64,000 nucleotides of DNA from Nitrospinota bacterium (lineage in GTDB: Bacteria > UBA8248). A program made the position numbers and the translations under genes. The notes under the pieces are model-generated. The model saw only the letters and a list, made by a program, of their open reading frames with translations, was not told where the DNA came from and made no database searches. The stretch is from contig JASLZZ010000077.1 of the NCBI GenBank assembly GCA_030754595.1, positions 1 through 64,000 of the forward strand, read 5' to 3'. Shown here in pieces: positions 40,219 to 49,849 of the stretch. Within the stretch, counting starts at the first letter, position 1. Each line of letters starts with the position of its first letter.

Positions 40219-41478
40219 GTGTCCAAGGATATTCGCGTTGTTGTTACCGGCATGGGTTTGATCACCCCCCTCGGAGTGGGCCTTCAGGAAAACTGGGACG
40301 CGTTGATGACGGGGAAATCGGGAATCGGTCCGGTGACCCGGTTCAACTCAGAGCGCCTGCCTTCGCAGATTTCTGGAGAGGTGAAGGACTTTAATCCGGA
40401 AGATTATATCGAGCGAAAAGAAATCAAGAAGATGGACACTTTCATCCAGTTCGTATTGGCCGCCACAAAAATGGCTTTTGACGATGCAGGATTGAAGAAG
40501 CCAGAAGAAGATATCGCACCCCGCTACGGCGCTGTCATCGGAGTAGGGCTGGGCGGCTTGCCGGCCATTGAGAAACACAAGGATATCCTTGAGGAAAAGG
40601 GGCCAAAAAGGCTGAGCCCGTTTTTTATCCCGATGCTGCTGGCCAATTTGGCGGCCGGCCAGGTGTCCATGCGTTGGGGCCTCAAAGGGCCGAACACCTG
40701 CACGGTGACGGCTTGCGCGTCGAGCAACCATGCCATCGGCGATGCGATGAAATTTATCCAGCGCGGAATTGCCGACGTCATGGTGTCGGGGGGGGGCGAA
40801 TCCTGCATCACGGAACTCGCCATGGGCGGATTTTGCGCAATGAAAGCCCTGAGCACCTGGAACGAAGACCCCGAACGCGCCAGTAGGCCATTCGATGCCG
40901 ACCGGAACGGGTTTGTGATGGGTGAAGGGTCCGGAGTGCTGATCCTTGAGCGTTACGAGCATGCTGCCGAAAGGGGAGCTAAAATTTACGCCGAAGTGTC
41001 GGGTTACGGTCTAAGCGCCGATGCATACCATATCACCTCTCCCTCTCCCGATGGCGAAGGGGCCGCCAGGTCCATGGAAATGGCCATGCAAGACGCGGGT
41101 ATCAGCATCGATGATGTCCACTACATCAACGCTCACGGAACTTCCACGCCCGGCGGCGATAAGCTCGAGACTGTAGCGATCAAGCGCACCTTTGGTGAGA
41201 AGGCTTACAATATTCCGGTTAGCTCGACCAAATCGATGACCGGCCATCTGCTTGGAGCGGCCGGGGGCATCGAATCGATCTTCACGATTCTCTCTATTCA
41301 GAACGGGACTGTACCGCCCACCATCAACCAAGATACCCCTGATCCGGAATGCGATCTGGATTACGTTCCCAACCAGCCCCGTAAGGCGGACATCCGCTGT
41401 GCCATTACGAACTCCTTCGGATTCGGCGGGACGAACGCATCGATCCTCTTCCGCAAGCCCGAAGCGGAAGTCGCCTAA
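40219..41478 (+). CDS. fabF: 3-oxoacyl-ACP synthase II
   Basis: RVVVTGMG, TACASS, INAHGTST, KSMTGHLLGAAG, NSFGFGGTN; alternative starts at 40198 or 40210. Confidence 0.98.
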   Translation: MSKDIRVVVTGMGLITPLGVGLQENWDALMTGKSGIGPVTRFNSERLPSQISGEVKDFNPEDYIERKEIKKMDTFIQFVLAATKMAFDDAGLKKPEEDIAPRYGAVIGVGLGGLPAIEKHKDILEEKGPKRLSPFFIPMLLANLAAGQVSMRWGLKGPNTCTVTACASSNHAIGDAMKFIQRGIADVMVSGGGESCITELAMGGFCAMKALSTWNEDPERASRPFDADRNGFVMGEGSGVLILERYEHAAERGAKIYAEVSGYGLSADAYHITSPSPDGEGAARSMEMAMQDAGISIDDVHYINAHGTSTPGGDKLETVAIKRTFGEKAYNIPVSSTKSMTGHLLGAAGGIESIFTILSIQNGTVPPTINQDTPDPECDLDYVPNQPRKADIRCAITNSFGFGGTNASILFRKPEAEVA

Positions 41479-41524
41479 GCCTCGGCGGGCGAAAGGCGCA
41501 GGGCGTTCTTCCAGAAAAAAAGAA

Positions 41525-42235
41525 ATTCTCTCTCGTCCGATCCGAGAGCTTGAAGAACGGCTCGGCCATCATTTTTCGGACCCCCGGCTCATCCTCCAGG
41601 CGCTTACACACCGTTCCTTTTCCCAGGAAGCCATTCCTCTCGAGGCAGATAACGAAAGGCTTGAATTCCTGGGAGATGCCGTCCTTCAGTTGATTGTCAC
41701 GATGCGGCTCTGGACCGAGCCGAAAGAAGAGGATGAGGGGGTTTTGACGCGTCGCCGATCAGAAAGGGTCAGTGGGCGCGCCTTGGCCAGAGTCGCGCGC
41801 GAGATGGACTTGGCCGCTTGTCTGAGGCTTGGCAAGGGAGAGCTCAAGACCGGCGGCCGCCAGAAGCCCTCGATCATGGCTGATGCCCTGGAAGCGGTCG
41901 TGGGGGCGATATATTTGGACGCAGGCTTTGCGCAGTGCGCCGAAGTGGTGGAATCGTGGCTTTGGAAAGGAGCGGATGACAATTTGGCGGACGTTCTGGC
42001 AGAGGACTATAAAAGCCAGTTGCAACAGGAGCTTCAGCGGCTAGGAAAGCGTCTTCCGGCCTACCGCGTAAAGAGTGAATCCGGCCCTGAGCACAACAAG
42101 ATATTCAAAGTCGAGGTGCGCCACGGAGGGCAGGTGCTGGGAATCGGCTTCGGCAAAAGCAAAAAAGAAGCGGAGCAGGTCGCTGCCCAAGAGTCCATCG
42201 CGGCTCTTGTGAGGGAAAAAAAAGGTCCGCCCTGA
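41525..42235 (+). CDS. rnc: Ribonuclease III (start codon uncertain)
   Basis: ALTHRS, NERLEFLGDAVL, ADALEAVVGAIYLD, dsRBD YKSQLQ..SKKEAEQ. Confidence 0.95.
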   Translation: MLSRPIRELEERLGHHFSDPRLILQALTHRSFSQEAIPLEADNERLEFLGDAVLQLIVTMRLWTEPKEEDEGVLTRRRSERVSGRALARVAREMDLAACLRLGKGELKTGGRQKPSIMADALEAVVGAIYLDAGFAQCAEVVESWLWKGADDNLADVLAEDYKSQLQQELQRLGKRLPAYRVKSESGPEHNKIFKVEVRHGGQVLGIGFGKSKKEAEQVAAQESIAALVREKKGPP

Positions 42236-42359
42236 AAAAGCCGCAAGAGTCCAACCCACTAAATTTCTCTTTGCGCCGCAGGGCGGATTCTGTTAACGTG
42301 AATGCTCCTACCGCCCTGATTTTTTTGATAATACACAGTCGCCTGTCGAGGATCATGAC

Positions 42360-45300
42360 TTGAAATTCAAGCGTATCGAAATGTTAGGGTTCAAGTCCTT
42401 TGTGGACAAAACCGTCATTGAATTCGGAGAGGATTTAACGGCGATAGTCGGGCCGAATGGTTGTGGAAAAAGTAATGTTAGCGACGCTATCCGGTGGGTC
42501 CTGGGCGAGCAGGGGCCCAAGAACCTCCGGGCCAAAAAAATGGAAGACCTCATTTTCAGCGGCAGCGCAGACCGAAAGCCCTTGGGAATGGCGGAAGTTT
42601 CCTTGACTGTCTCGGATCTGAAAGGGGTTGTTACAGCCCCCCAGTTCAAGGACTACGACGATCTCGTCGTCACTCGGAGGCTTTACCGATCGGGCGAGAG
42701 CGAATATCTCATTAATCGAAATCCTTGCCGGCTGAAGGACATTACCGATCTATTCCTCGATACAGGGGTCTCGCTGGATACTTTCTCGATAATCGAGCAA
42801 GGGCGTATCGAGGGACTCGTCAACGCAAAGCCGATGGATCGCCGTGTGTTTATCGAAGAGGCGGCTGGCATCATGAAGTATAAAAGCCGGCGAAACGAGG
42901 CTCTCCGGAAACTGGAGTTGGCGCAGGTAAATCTTCTGCGTGTGGCCGATGTGATGAGCGAGAAAGAGACCCGCCTTCGCTCTCTTCGCCGTCAGGCTCG
43001 TAAGGCCACGTTTCACAAAGAGTACCAAAATGAAATTGATGAGCTGGAAATCTGTATTTCAAGTCTGGATCTGCTTCGCCTTGATGCCAATCTGGAACCA
43101 GCCGAGTGGGAGTACGCCCGAATCAATGAGCAAAACGAGGTTCACTCCGCCGCATTTTCCGCGAGAGAGGCCGAACGGGAAAAGTGCCGAATCGAAGTGG
43201 CTGAGTTTTCCGAGGAACTCGCTGAGACGCGCCGCCGGGCGGTAGAGGTGGAAGGTTATCTCCAGAGGCTCGAGAATCGACTGGAAATGCTTTCAAGCCG
43301 CTTGGTGGAACTCGACGGGGAGGATGAGCGGCGGCGAGAGGAAATGCAGTCCTTGGAGGAGGAATCGCGGAAACTCGAGGAAGAGCGTGAACAGTTGGTG
43401 GCCCGTGAAGCTTCTCTTTCCCGGGAAGCCGATTCGGCTCGTCTCAAGTACGAAGAAAGCTCAGATGAATTGAATGGACTGCGGTCAGAGTTGTCGAAAT
43501 GGGAAGCGGCCGAAGCGGATATCCGGAAGCTCCACACAAGCGAATCCAAGAGTCTTAGTAATGTCCGCGAGCGAATTGCATCGGGTGAATCTCGGCGCGA
43601 GGCAATCCGTGAGTCAATTGAGCGTTTGGACAAGGAGTTATCTGAGGCCACTCAGATTCGCAATGAAGTGCAAAAGGAGACTGAATCCGTTGCTGTCCGC
43701 TTCAACGGTTTGTCGGTTGATGTGGACTCTGCAAAATTGGAACTGGAAGGCGCCAACGCTGAAAAATCCCGCCTGGAAGTCATGCTTCGCGAATGCGAGG
43801 CGGCGGTGGCGGCATCGAAAGAGGCGCTTGTCGAATCCAGATCCTCGCTTCAAGTGATCGAAAGCCTCGAAAACGGGGATTCGAATGAGTTCTGCGGGGC
43901 GGATGCATTTCGCGTGGCGGGTGTGGAGGTTCGGAATGTATTATCGGAAGTGCTGAAAGTCGAGCCTCGCTATGAAAAAGCCATCGAGGCGGCGCTGGGA
44001 GCCAAGCTCAAGGGTGTGGTGGTGTCGGACTCCGAATCCAGCATTGCCGCGATTAAAAATCTGATTTCCTCGGGTCGGAAAGGAAGGGGTTTAGCCATTC
44101 CTGCCATTCCTCGAAGGTTGACATTGCCCTATATTCCGCGTCTTGACGGAGTCGATGGCGGGGCCATCGATTTGGTCGGTTTTCCGGACGATTACCGTTC
44201 GCTCATGGAATCGCTTCTTGCCGGTGTGGGAATTACCCGGGATTTAGACGCAGCTTATGAGGCGTGGCGCTCAGGGCCGGACGGTATCACCTGGGTCACC
44301 TTGGCGGGAGAGTTGGTGTTGCCGTCCGGTGCCGCGGAAGGGGGTAGTATCTCCGATGCGGGTGCGGGTGTTCTCGAAAGAAAACGTCGGCGCGAGGAGC
44401 TAAAACTCTCGGCGGCCGGGCAGGAATCGAAGCTGGCCGGGGCCACCGAAAAAGAGATGGACTGCTGTCAGGCCCTTGGCCGAGCGCAGGAAGAGGCGGT
44501 GCAGGTAGAGCGGAAGGTCCGCGGGGCGGAACTGGCCCGCGTCGAGGTCGAAGGGGGCCTTCGTTCATTCCAGGAAAAACTATCGGTTTCGGTTGAGCGC
44601 TGCGATATTCTCGCCGCACAGTGTTCGGACCTGAGCGGAGAGCTGGAGCGGATCGAAGTCGGCCGCCGGGAGGCGGAAAGAGAGTCGGACAGGGTGGGGG
44701 CGGTCTTGCGGGATGCCGAGACCCGCAGTGCGGAAATCGAGAAAGAACAGACTCGCGCAGGAGAGCAGGCCGCCCGTCTGGAAGAGGAGGTCTCCGACAG
44801 GCGCGTCCAGATGTCCGAGGCACAAGGGAAGGCCACCGGCCTGCGGGCGGAGCTCAACCGGGTTGCGGAGACGATTCAACAGAACATCTCCCGGGCGGCC
44901 CGAAGGAGGGAAGAGGAGGAGGACTCTTGCCAAAAACGCGAGAGTCTGAATTTGAATCTCACCCAGAGCCATGATGAAATTGATCGGTTCAGGAGAGAGA
45001 AATCCGGGCTCGAGACAGAGCAAGGGGAGCGTTCCAGCGTCGTGGACGATGTTCGTGCCCGCGACGAAGAGCTGGCTAATCTTTTGCGGGAGATGCGGGA
45101 TGAAGCTGTACGCATCCAGTCAAGTCTCTCCGAGGCGGCCGAGCGGCGGACCACCCTACGTGTCCAGCGAAATTCGATGGTCGAATCGGCGCGAAACGAT
45201 TTCGACCTTGATCTAATCGCATTGGCCCAAGAAAATAAGGAGCAGCTCACAAGTTACGATGAGCACACCACCCGGCTCGAAATGCTTCGAACGCGGTTGT

Positions 45301-46004
45301 CACGGATGGGTGTTGTGAATCCGCTGGCTGCCCAGGAGTTCGACGAGATCAACCAAGAATACTCCTTCCTCAAGGAGCAGCAGGAGGATCTAGAGAAGTC
45401 CATTAAGGACCTTCATTTAACCATCGATAAGCTGAACCAGACGACGAGAAGGCGTTTCCTGGAGGCTTTCGAGCAGGTGAGCACTCAATTCGCGGATATT
45501 TTCGGACGCCTGTTCCAAGGTGGGGAGGCGCGCATGTACCTCATCGACCCGAATGACCCTCTTGAGACGGGGGTGGACATCGAGGTGCGGCCACCGGGCA
45601 AGCGTCCGGCGAACATCATGCTCCTCTCGGCAGGCGAGAAGGCACTGACGGCGCTGGCGCTGCTCTTTTCGGTCTTCTCCGTTCGCCCGAGCCCTTTCTG
45701 TCTCCTCGACGAGGTGGACGCTACTCTTGACGATGCAAACGTGGGCCGGTTTCGTGACGTAATCGCCGAGCTCGAAGACAAGAGCCAGTTCATTCTGATC
45801 ACCCACAACAAGCGGACGATGTCCTACGCTACCCGACTCTACGGCGTGACCCAGCGCGAGAAGGGCGTGTCCATCATTGTTTCGGTGAAAATGAATCGCG
45901 CTGATGAAAACGAAAATCGCGCCGACGGCCGAGAGGTGGCCGAGGCGGAAGTTGCCACTGAAGGCGAGGAAGTGGCTGCGGCGATGGATTCCGGTAGCGC
46001 CTAG
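42360..46004 (+). CDS. smc: Chromosome segregation protein SMC
   Basis: GFKSF, GPNGCGKSN Walker A, coiled coils and hinge, LSAGEK signature, LDEVDATLD Walker B. Confidence 0.98.
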   Translation: MKFKRIEMLGFKSFVDKTVIEFGEDLTAIVGPNGCGKSNVSDAIRWVLGEQGPKNLRAKKMEDLIFSGSADRKPLGMAEVSLTVSDLKGVVTAPQFKDYDDLVVTRRLYRSGESEYLINRNPCRLKDITDLFLDTGVSLDTFSIIEQGRIEGLVNAKPMDRRVFIEEAAGIMKYKSRRNEALRKLELAQVNLLRVADVMSEKETRLRSLRRQARKATFHKEYQNEIDELEICISSLDLLRLDANLEPAEWEYARINEQNEVHSAAFSAREAEREKCRIEVAEFSEELAETRRRAVEVEGYLQRLENRLEMLSSRLVELDGEDERRREEMQSLEEESRKLEEEREQLVAREASLSREADSARLKYEESSDELNGLRSELSKWEAAEADIRKLHTSESKSLSNVRERIASGESRREAIRESIERLDKELSEATQIRNEVQKETESVAVRFNGLSVDVDSAKLELEGANAEKSRLEVMLRECEAAVAASKEALVESRSSLQVIESLENGDSNEFCGADAFRVAGVEVRNVLSEVLKVEPRYEKAIEAALGAKLKGVVVSDSESSIAAIKNLISSGRKGRGLAIPAIPRRLTLPYIPRLDGVDGGAIDLVGFPDDYRSLMESLLAGVGITRDLDAAYEAWRSGPDGITWVTLAGELVLPSGAAEGGSISDAGAGVLERKRRREELKLSAAGQESKLAGATEKEMDCCQALGRAQEEAVQVERKVRGAELARVEVEGGLRSFQEKLSVSVERCDILAAQCSDLSGELERIEVGRREAERESDRVGAVLRDAETRSAEIEKEQTRAGEQAARLEEEVSDRRVQMSEAQGKATGLRAELNRVAETIQQNISRAARRREEEEDSCQKRESLNLNLTQSHDEIDRFRREKSGLETEQGERSSVVDDVRARDEELANLLREMRDEAVRIQSSLSEAAERRTTLRVQRNSMVESARNDFDLDLIALAQENKEQLTSYDEHTTRLEMLRTRLSRMGVVNPLAAQEFDEINQEYSFLKEQQEDLEKSIKDLHLTIDKLNQTTRRRFLEAFEQVSTQFADIFGRLFQGGEARMYLIDPNDPLETGVDIEVRPPGKRPANIMLLSAGEKALTALALLFSVFSVRPSPFCLLDEVDATLDDANVGRFRDVIAELEDKSQFILITHNKRTMSYATRLYGVTQREKGVSIIVSVKMNRADENENRADGREVAEAEVATEGEEVAAAMDSGSA

Positions 46005-46042
46005 GCCCTCCTTGCGATTTCGATTGAGCTGAGAATACTGCC

Positions 46043-46080
46043 AACCCCCGCGGCACATTCGGCTGCGGGGGTTCTTCTTT
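46043..46080 (+). terminator. Rho-independent terminator-like hairpin between smc and ftsY
   Basis: Stem AACCCCCGCGGC / GCTGCGGGGGTT followed by CTTCTTT. Confidence 0.6.
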
Positions 46081-46106
46081 GAAACATCTCTAAAGAGGGG
46101 GATCGA

Positions 46107-47108
46107 GTGGTCCTTCGATTCGGCGAAAAGAAAACGGCCGGGGATATTCCCTCCGAAATTGGAGATGCGGGAAGTGGCGGCGCCCGGAGATGGCTGGGCG
46201 GTCTCCGACGGGGGCTGTCCAAGACCCGCGCTTCTCTCGCATCGACCTTAGGTGTGGTCCTTTCCGGCATATCTCGGCTCGATCCCGAGTCTATCGACGA
46301 CATCGAGGAGGCGCTCTATATGGCCGATATCGGCCCGACCACCGTAGAGGCAGTCATGGAGGCGCTCCGTCGCGGCGAGGGTGAGGGCGAGAGCCCGAGC
46401 ACGCGCGTGCGCTCGATTCTGCTCTCACTCATGGAGCACCCGGCCCAGTTTCCGCCCGCTAAGGGCGAAGGGTCGCCCGAAGGCGAACCCGAGATCGTCT
46501 TCCTCGTCGGCGTCAACGGCTCCGGAAAAACAACAACGGCGGGCAAACTTGCCTCCCGCCTCGCCGCTGAGGGGCGAAAAGTCATGTTCGCCGCCGCCGA
46601 CACCTTCCGCGCTGCAGCTGGCGAACAGGTCGAGGTCTGGGCGGAGCGAAGCGGATGCCACATCGTCCGCCACAAGGAGGGCGCCGACCCCGGCGCCGTG
46701 GTATTCGATGCTATCGCCTCCGCCCGCGCGCGCGGGGCCGATATCCTCCTCGTCGACACCGCCGGCCGCCTCCACACCAAGAAAAACCTCATGGACGAAC
46801 TCATCAAAGTCCGCCGCGTTGCCGAGCGCCAGCTCCCCGGCGCCCCGCACGAGATCCTTCTTGTCCTCGACGCCACCTCCGGCCAGAACGCCCTCGCCCA
46901 GGTGCGTGAATTCGGCCCCGCACTAGGCGTCACAGGCCTCGTCGTCACTAAACTCGACGGCTCCGCCAAGGGCGGCGTCCTCATCGGCGCCGTCCACGAA
47001 AGCGGCCTCCCCGTCCGCTGGATAGGCGTCGGCGAGGGCACGGACGACCTCCTCCCCTTCGACGCCAAGGCCTTCACCGACGCCCTGTTCGAGGCCGAGG
47101 GGGCCTGA
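46107..47108 (+). CDS. ftsY: SRP receptor FtsY
   Basis: GVNGSGKTTT, DTFRAAA, DTAGR, TKLDGSAKGG, IGVGE. Confidence 0.98.
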   Translation: MVLRFGEKKTAGDIPSEIGDAGSGGARRWLGGLRRGLSKTRASLASTLGVVLSGISRLDPESIDDIEEALYMADIGPTTVEAVMEALRRGEGEGESPSTRVRSILLSLMEHPAQFPPAKGEGSPEGEPEIVFLVGVNGSGKTTTAGKLASRLAAEGRKVMFAAADTFRAAAGEQVEVWAERSGCHIVRHKEGADPGAVVFDAIASARARGADILLVDTAGRLHTKKNLMDELIKVRRVAERQLPGAPHEILLVLDATSGQNALAQVREFGPALGVTGLVVTKLDGSAKGGVLIGAVHESGLPVRWIGVGEGTDDLLPFDAKAFTDALFEAEGA

Positions 47109-47296
47109 GGGGGATAACCCGAAAATATCGATCCGCCCGCGAGCCAACCCACATTTTCGATCATTTCTGCGCAATTCCTCCGCCCGCACAGCACTCCCGC
47201 GGGGAGCACTACCCGCAATTCTTCCGGTCCGCTAGAGCTATCTCCCCTCCTGTGGGTCAGCACTCTCCTGCCGGGTGCCGCGTTTCCATGGGCGAG

Positions 47297-47358
47297 GTAG
47301 CGCTTCCGTCAAGGTAGTGCCCTCCCATAAAGAGGGCTCTCTGTAGCTTCCGTCAAGG
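47297..47358 (+). repeat. Short degenerate direct repeats, GTAGC(GC)TTCCGTCAAGG x2
   Basis: Copies at 47297-47314 and 47343-47358; related unit at 48171-48187. Confidence 0.55.
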
Positions 47359-47390
47359 AAAATACTGCCGACTCTACTGCCCGTACAACT

Positions 47391-47423
47391 CCCTCCCCCG
47401 CCGGGGGAGGGCTGGGGTGGGTG
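47391..47423. repeat. REP-like GC-rich palindrome
   Basis: CCCTCCCCCG-C-CGGGGGAGGG followed by CTGGGGTGGG. Confidence 0.55.
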
Positions 47424-47466
47424 TATTTAAAAACGCGCAAAATCCGCCCCGGGCCCCATATTAGTA

Positions 47467-47575
47467 GAAGTCATTTCATAACCCATTCCCGAGGTTTCCA
47501 CCCCTGTGAGAAGGCCGATAAAATCAAGGCCTTTGACGGACGAAGATTCCGCGAAAGAGGTTATGAAATGACCTC
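47467..47575. mobile_element. 109-bp MITE-like element, copy 2 (inverted relative to copy 1)
   Basis: GAAGTCATTTCATAACC ... GGTTATGAAATGACCTC flanked by TA; one visible mismatch to 40045-40153. Confidence 0.85.
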
Positions 47576-47676
47576 TAGTCAAGTGAAAGCGCCCTCTCCC
47601 AGACGGTGCACCCCTCACGGGAAAGCACTACAGCCCCGACCTGCCCCGATCTCCCGGCCCCGCGAAGGAGATCGCC

Positions 47677-48174
47677 ATGCCCCTCCGTAAACTCAGGGAA
47701 TCCCTCGACCAGGCGGGCGTCCGCTACACCCTCATCCGCCACTCCCCCGCCATGACCGCCCAGGAGGTGGCCGCCTCCGCCCACACCCCCGGCAAGGAAG
47801 TCGCCAAGACCGTCATGGTCCTCCTCAACCGCCGGATGGCCATGGCCGTCCTGCCCGCCTCCTACAAGGTCGATTTCCGCCGGCTCCGCGAGGCCTCCGG
47901 CGCCGACGAAGCCCGCCTCGCCACCGAGGCCGAGTTCGGCGAAAAATTCCCCGAGTGCGAGCTCGGTGCCATGCCCCCCTTCGGCAACCTCTACGGCATG
48001 GAGGTCTACGCCTCAGAGTCTCTCGCCGAGGACGATGAGATCGCCTTCAGCGCCGGCGCCCATACCGAGTTCATCCGCCTCGCCTACGACGACTTCGAGC
48101 GCCTCGCCCGGCCCACCGTCATCCGCTTTTCCGAGCCCGCCCTCCCCGCCGCCCACGGGCCGGATATTTGGTAG
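47677..48174 (+). CDS. YbaK/EbsC-family aminoacyl-tRNA deacylase
   Basis: TAQEVAA..H, VAKTV, RLATE.E, CELGAMPPFG, FSAG.H. Confidence 0.9.
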   Translation: MPLRKLRESLDQAGVRYTLIRHSPAMTAQEVAASAHTPGKEVAKTVMVLLNRRMAMAVLPASYKVDFRRLREASGADEARLATEAEFGEKFPECELGAMPPFGNLYGMEVYASESLAEDDEIAFSAGAHTEFIRLAYDDFERLARPTVIRFSEPALPAAHGPDIW

Positions 48175-48270
48175 CACTCACGTCAAGAGAGTGCTGTAGC
48201 TCCCAATGGGAGTGCTGTAGCCCTCCAAATGGGCAGCCAGCACTTCTCTGGGCGGGGAGTGCTATCTCTT
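48171..48270 (+). repeat. Degenerate tandem/palindromic repeats with GAGTGCTGTAGC core
   Basis: GAGTGCTGTAGC at 48189-48200 and 48210-48221 (21-nt period); AGCACT/AGTGCT inverted pairs. Confidence 0.55.
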
Positions 48271-48320
48271 CGGTTGGGGAGGGGAAGCGTGGGAGTGAAG
48301 CCGTTAGATCCCGTCACATC

Positions 48321-48692
48321 TCATTTATTCAATTCCATATTCTCTTTAAACTCTGCTTCGTCCCGCTTGTATTGCCTGAGCCTTTCCGATTTCCAGGCGA
48401 TTCCTTTTCCAACCACGACACCCGCCGCCAACAAGGCGAGCGTTCCCAAGGTGTTTTCGATGACACTTTGACCAACACCAAGCAATAGGTTCGCCGTTCC
48501 TTTCGCCAAGGATGCAACGCCTTCATTCACCACCACCCCCATCGCGAAATCAATCGGAAGCCGGTAAGCCCCCTCCAGCGCGGCCCAGGCCCCCTTGCTC
48601 AGATCCCTGGCGGCACCCAATCCCGCCAGGTAAAACGGAAGGCTGATTCCCTTGTTCACCAGGTACCAGGCCAGATTCACCGCCTTATTCAT
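48321..48692 (-). CDS. Hypothetical Gly/Ala-rich, possibly membrane-associated protein
   Basis: Open 123-codon frame with hydrophobic segments and a charged C-terminus; starts 16 nt after the NucS-like stop. Confidence 0.55.
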   Translation of the reverse strand: MNKAVNLAWYLVNKGISLPFYLAGLGAARDLSKGAWAALEGAYRLPIDFAMGVVVNEGVASLAKGTANLLLGVGQSVIENTLGTLALLAAGVVVGKGIAWKSERLRQYKRDEAEFKENMELNK

Positions 48693-48707
48693 CTCGATCC
48701 GCCCCAA

Positions 48708-49686
48708 TTAATCTTTCTCTTCAACCAGTTCAAAGAAACGGTTAACCGTTCCAAGAAATTCGTCGAGTTCCTCATCAGTGAAATACCGCTCCCCGTCTTC
48801 TCCGAAGATTTCCCTGGTCTTTTCCTATGGAATTGCAAAAAACTCCGCGAACGCACTTGAAACAACCCAAAGGTAATGCTTTCCCGCCTCTATAAGGTTG
48901 TGTCCAATATGTGAACAAACACCTTCGGGCGTTCCCCTGTGGTGCGTACATGATGCTGGCCTTAAGAGGCCGAAGCCTAAGACCGTGCCTGATTGCGGTC
49001 TCGTATGCCTCACGGAATTTCACACCGATACCGTTCTCTGCCGCTTTTTCAAGCAGGTTTTCAACTGTCATCCTGGGGGGCTTCAGATCTTTCAGGTTGT
49101 CCGTTTCGGATTCGGTCATTTCGCGTACAAGAATTTGTCCTCTGGGCTCGGACTGAAAAACCTGGAAAGAAACGACCGTTATCTGAATTTCCTTTCTGGA
49201 CAGATATTCAACCATCCGGTCGAGTCCGGCATCCTATCCGGTCCCGACGACATATATCTCAACCTCTCTTTCCTCATCGGGAGGGTCATTAGTTCCGATG
49301 CGCTCTTTAAGGATTTCTTCGAGATTTTTAGTCTCTCCGGATTTCTTAAGATTATCGCTCACCTTATCGGAGAGTTCGGTGAAGGGCATTTCTTCGATGC
49401 AAGAGGCATAGTCGATAGCCTGAGCGACAGTTTCGCGGCGCACCATACCTTTTTTTATCTCAATCAAGACCCATCGCCCCTGATGGTCCAATGCAAGCAA
49501 ATCAAGAGGACCAGCCTCGACGTATATCTGTCTCCCGATTATTTTGAGGCCGCCCAAGAGAAGAGACGGGTCGTTTTCAATCCAATCTTCGAGGTGCTTT
49601 TCCAGGGACACATCCCCAGAACCCAATCTCTTCGGGCCATTGTCACTAATTTGCCAAAGCCCGATTTGTTGCAAGAATTTCTCCAA
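48708..49686 (-). pseudogene. NucS/EndoMS-like PD-(D/E)xK endonuclease domain protein, disrupted
   Basis: LEKHLEDWI, IGRQ..GPLDLLALD..VLIEIKK..AQAIDY; in-frame TAG at 49234-49236 and 48825-48827, frameshift near 48885. Confidence 0.8.
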
Positions 49687-49849
49687 TCGGAAATAGAAAT
49701 CTTTTGGCGAAATAATTAGAGCGGTCTTACCTATTGACTTGCGGTCTGCCTTCCCTTGAGGGCAGATACAAGAGTTACTCCGAAATCAATCCACCCTTAC
49801 ATGCTTTTCCAATTAAATAGCTAACAAAGAAGGTAAATGCGCCAATAAC

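Noticed and set aside
47185..48270. Possible CRISPR array in the repeat-rich zone
   Set aside because: Units are 12-18 nt and degenerate, with no regular unique spacers and no cas genes
24947..49236. Amber recoding (pyrrolysine or alternative code) suggested by three in-frame TAGs in the PilZ and NucS-like genes
   Set aside because: Many essential genes here (tuf, rpsJ, secY, acpP, smc, lysS) terminate at TAG, and the NucS-like gene also has a frameshift; decay is the simpler explanation
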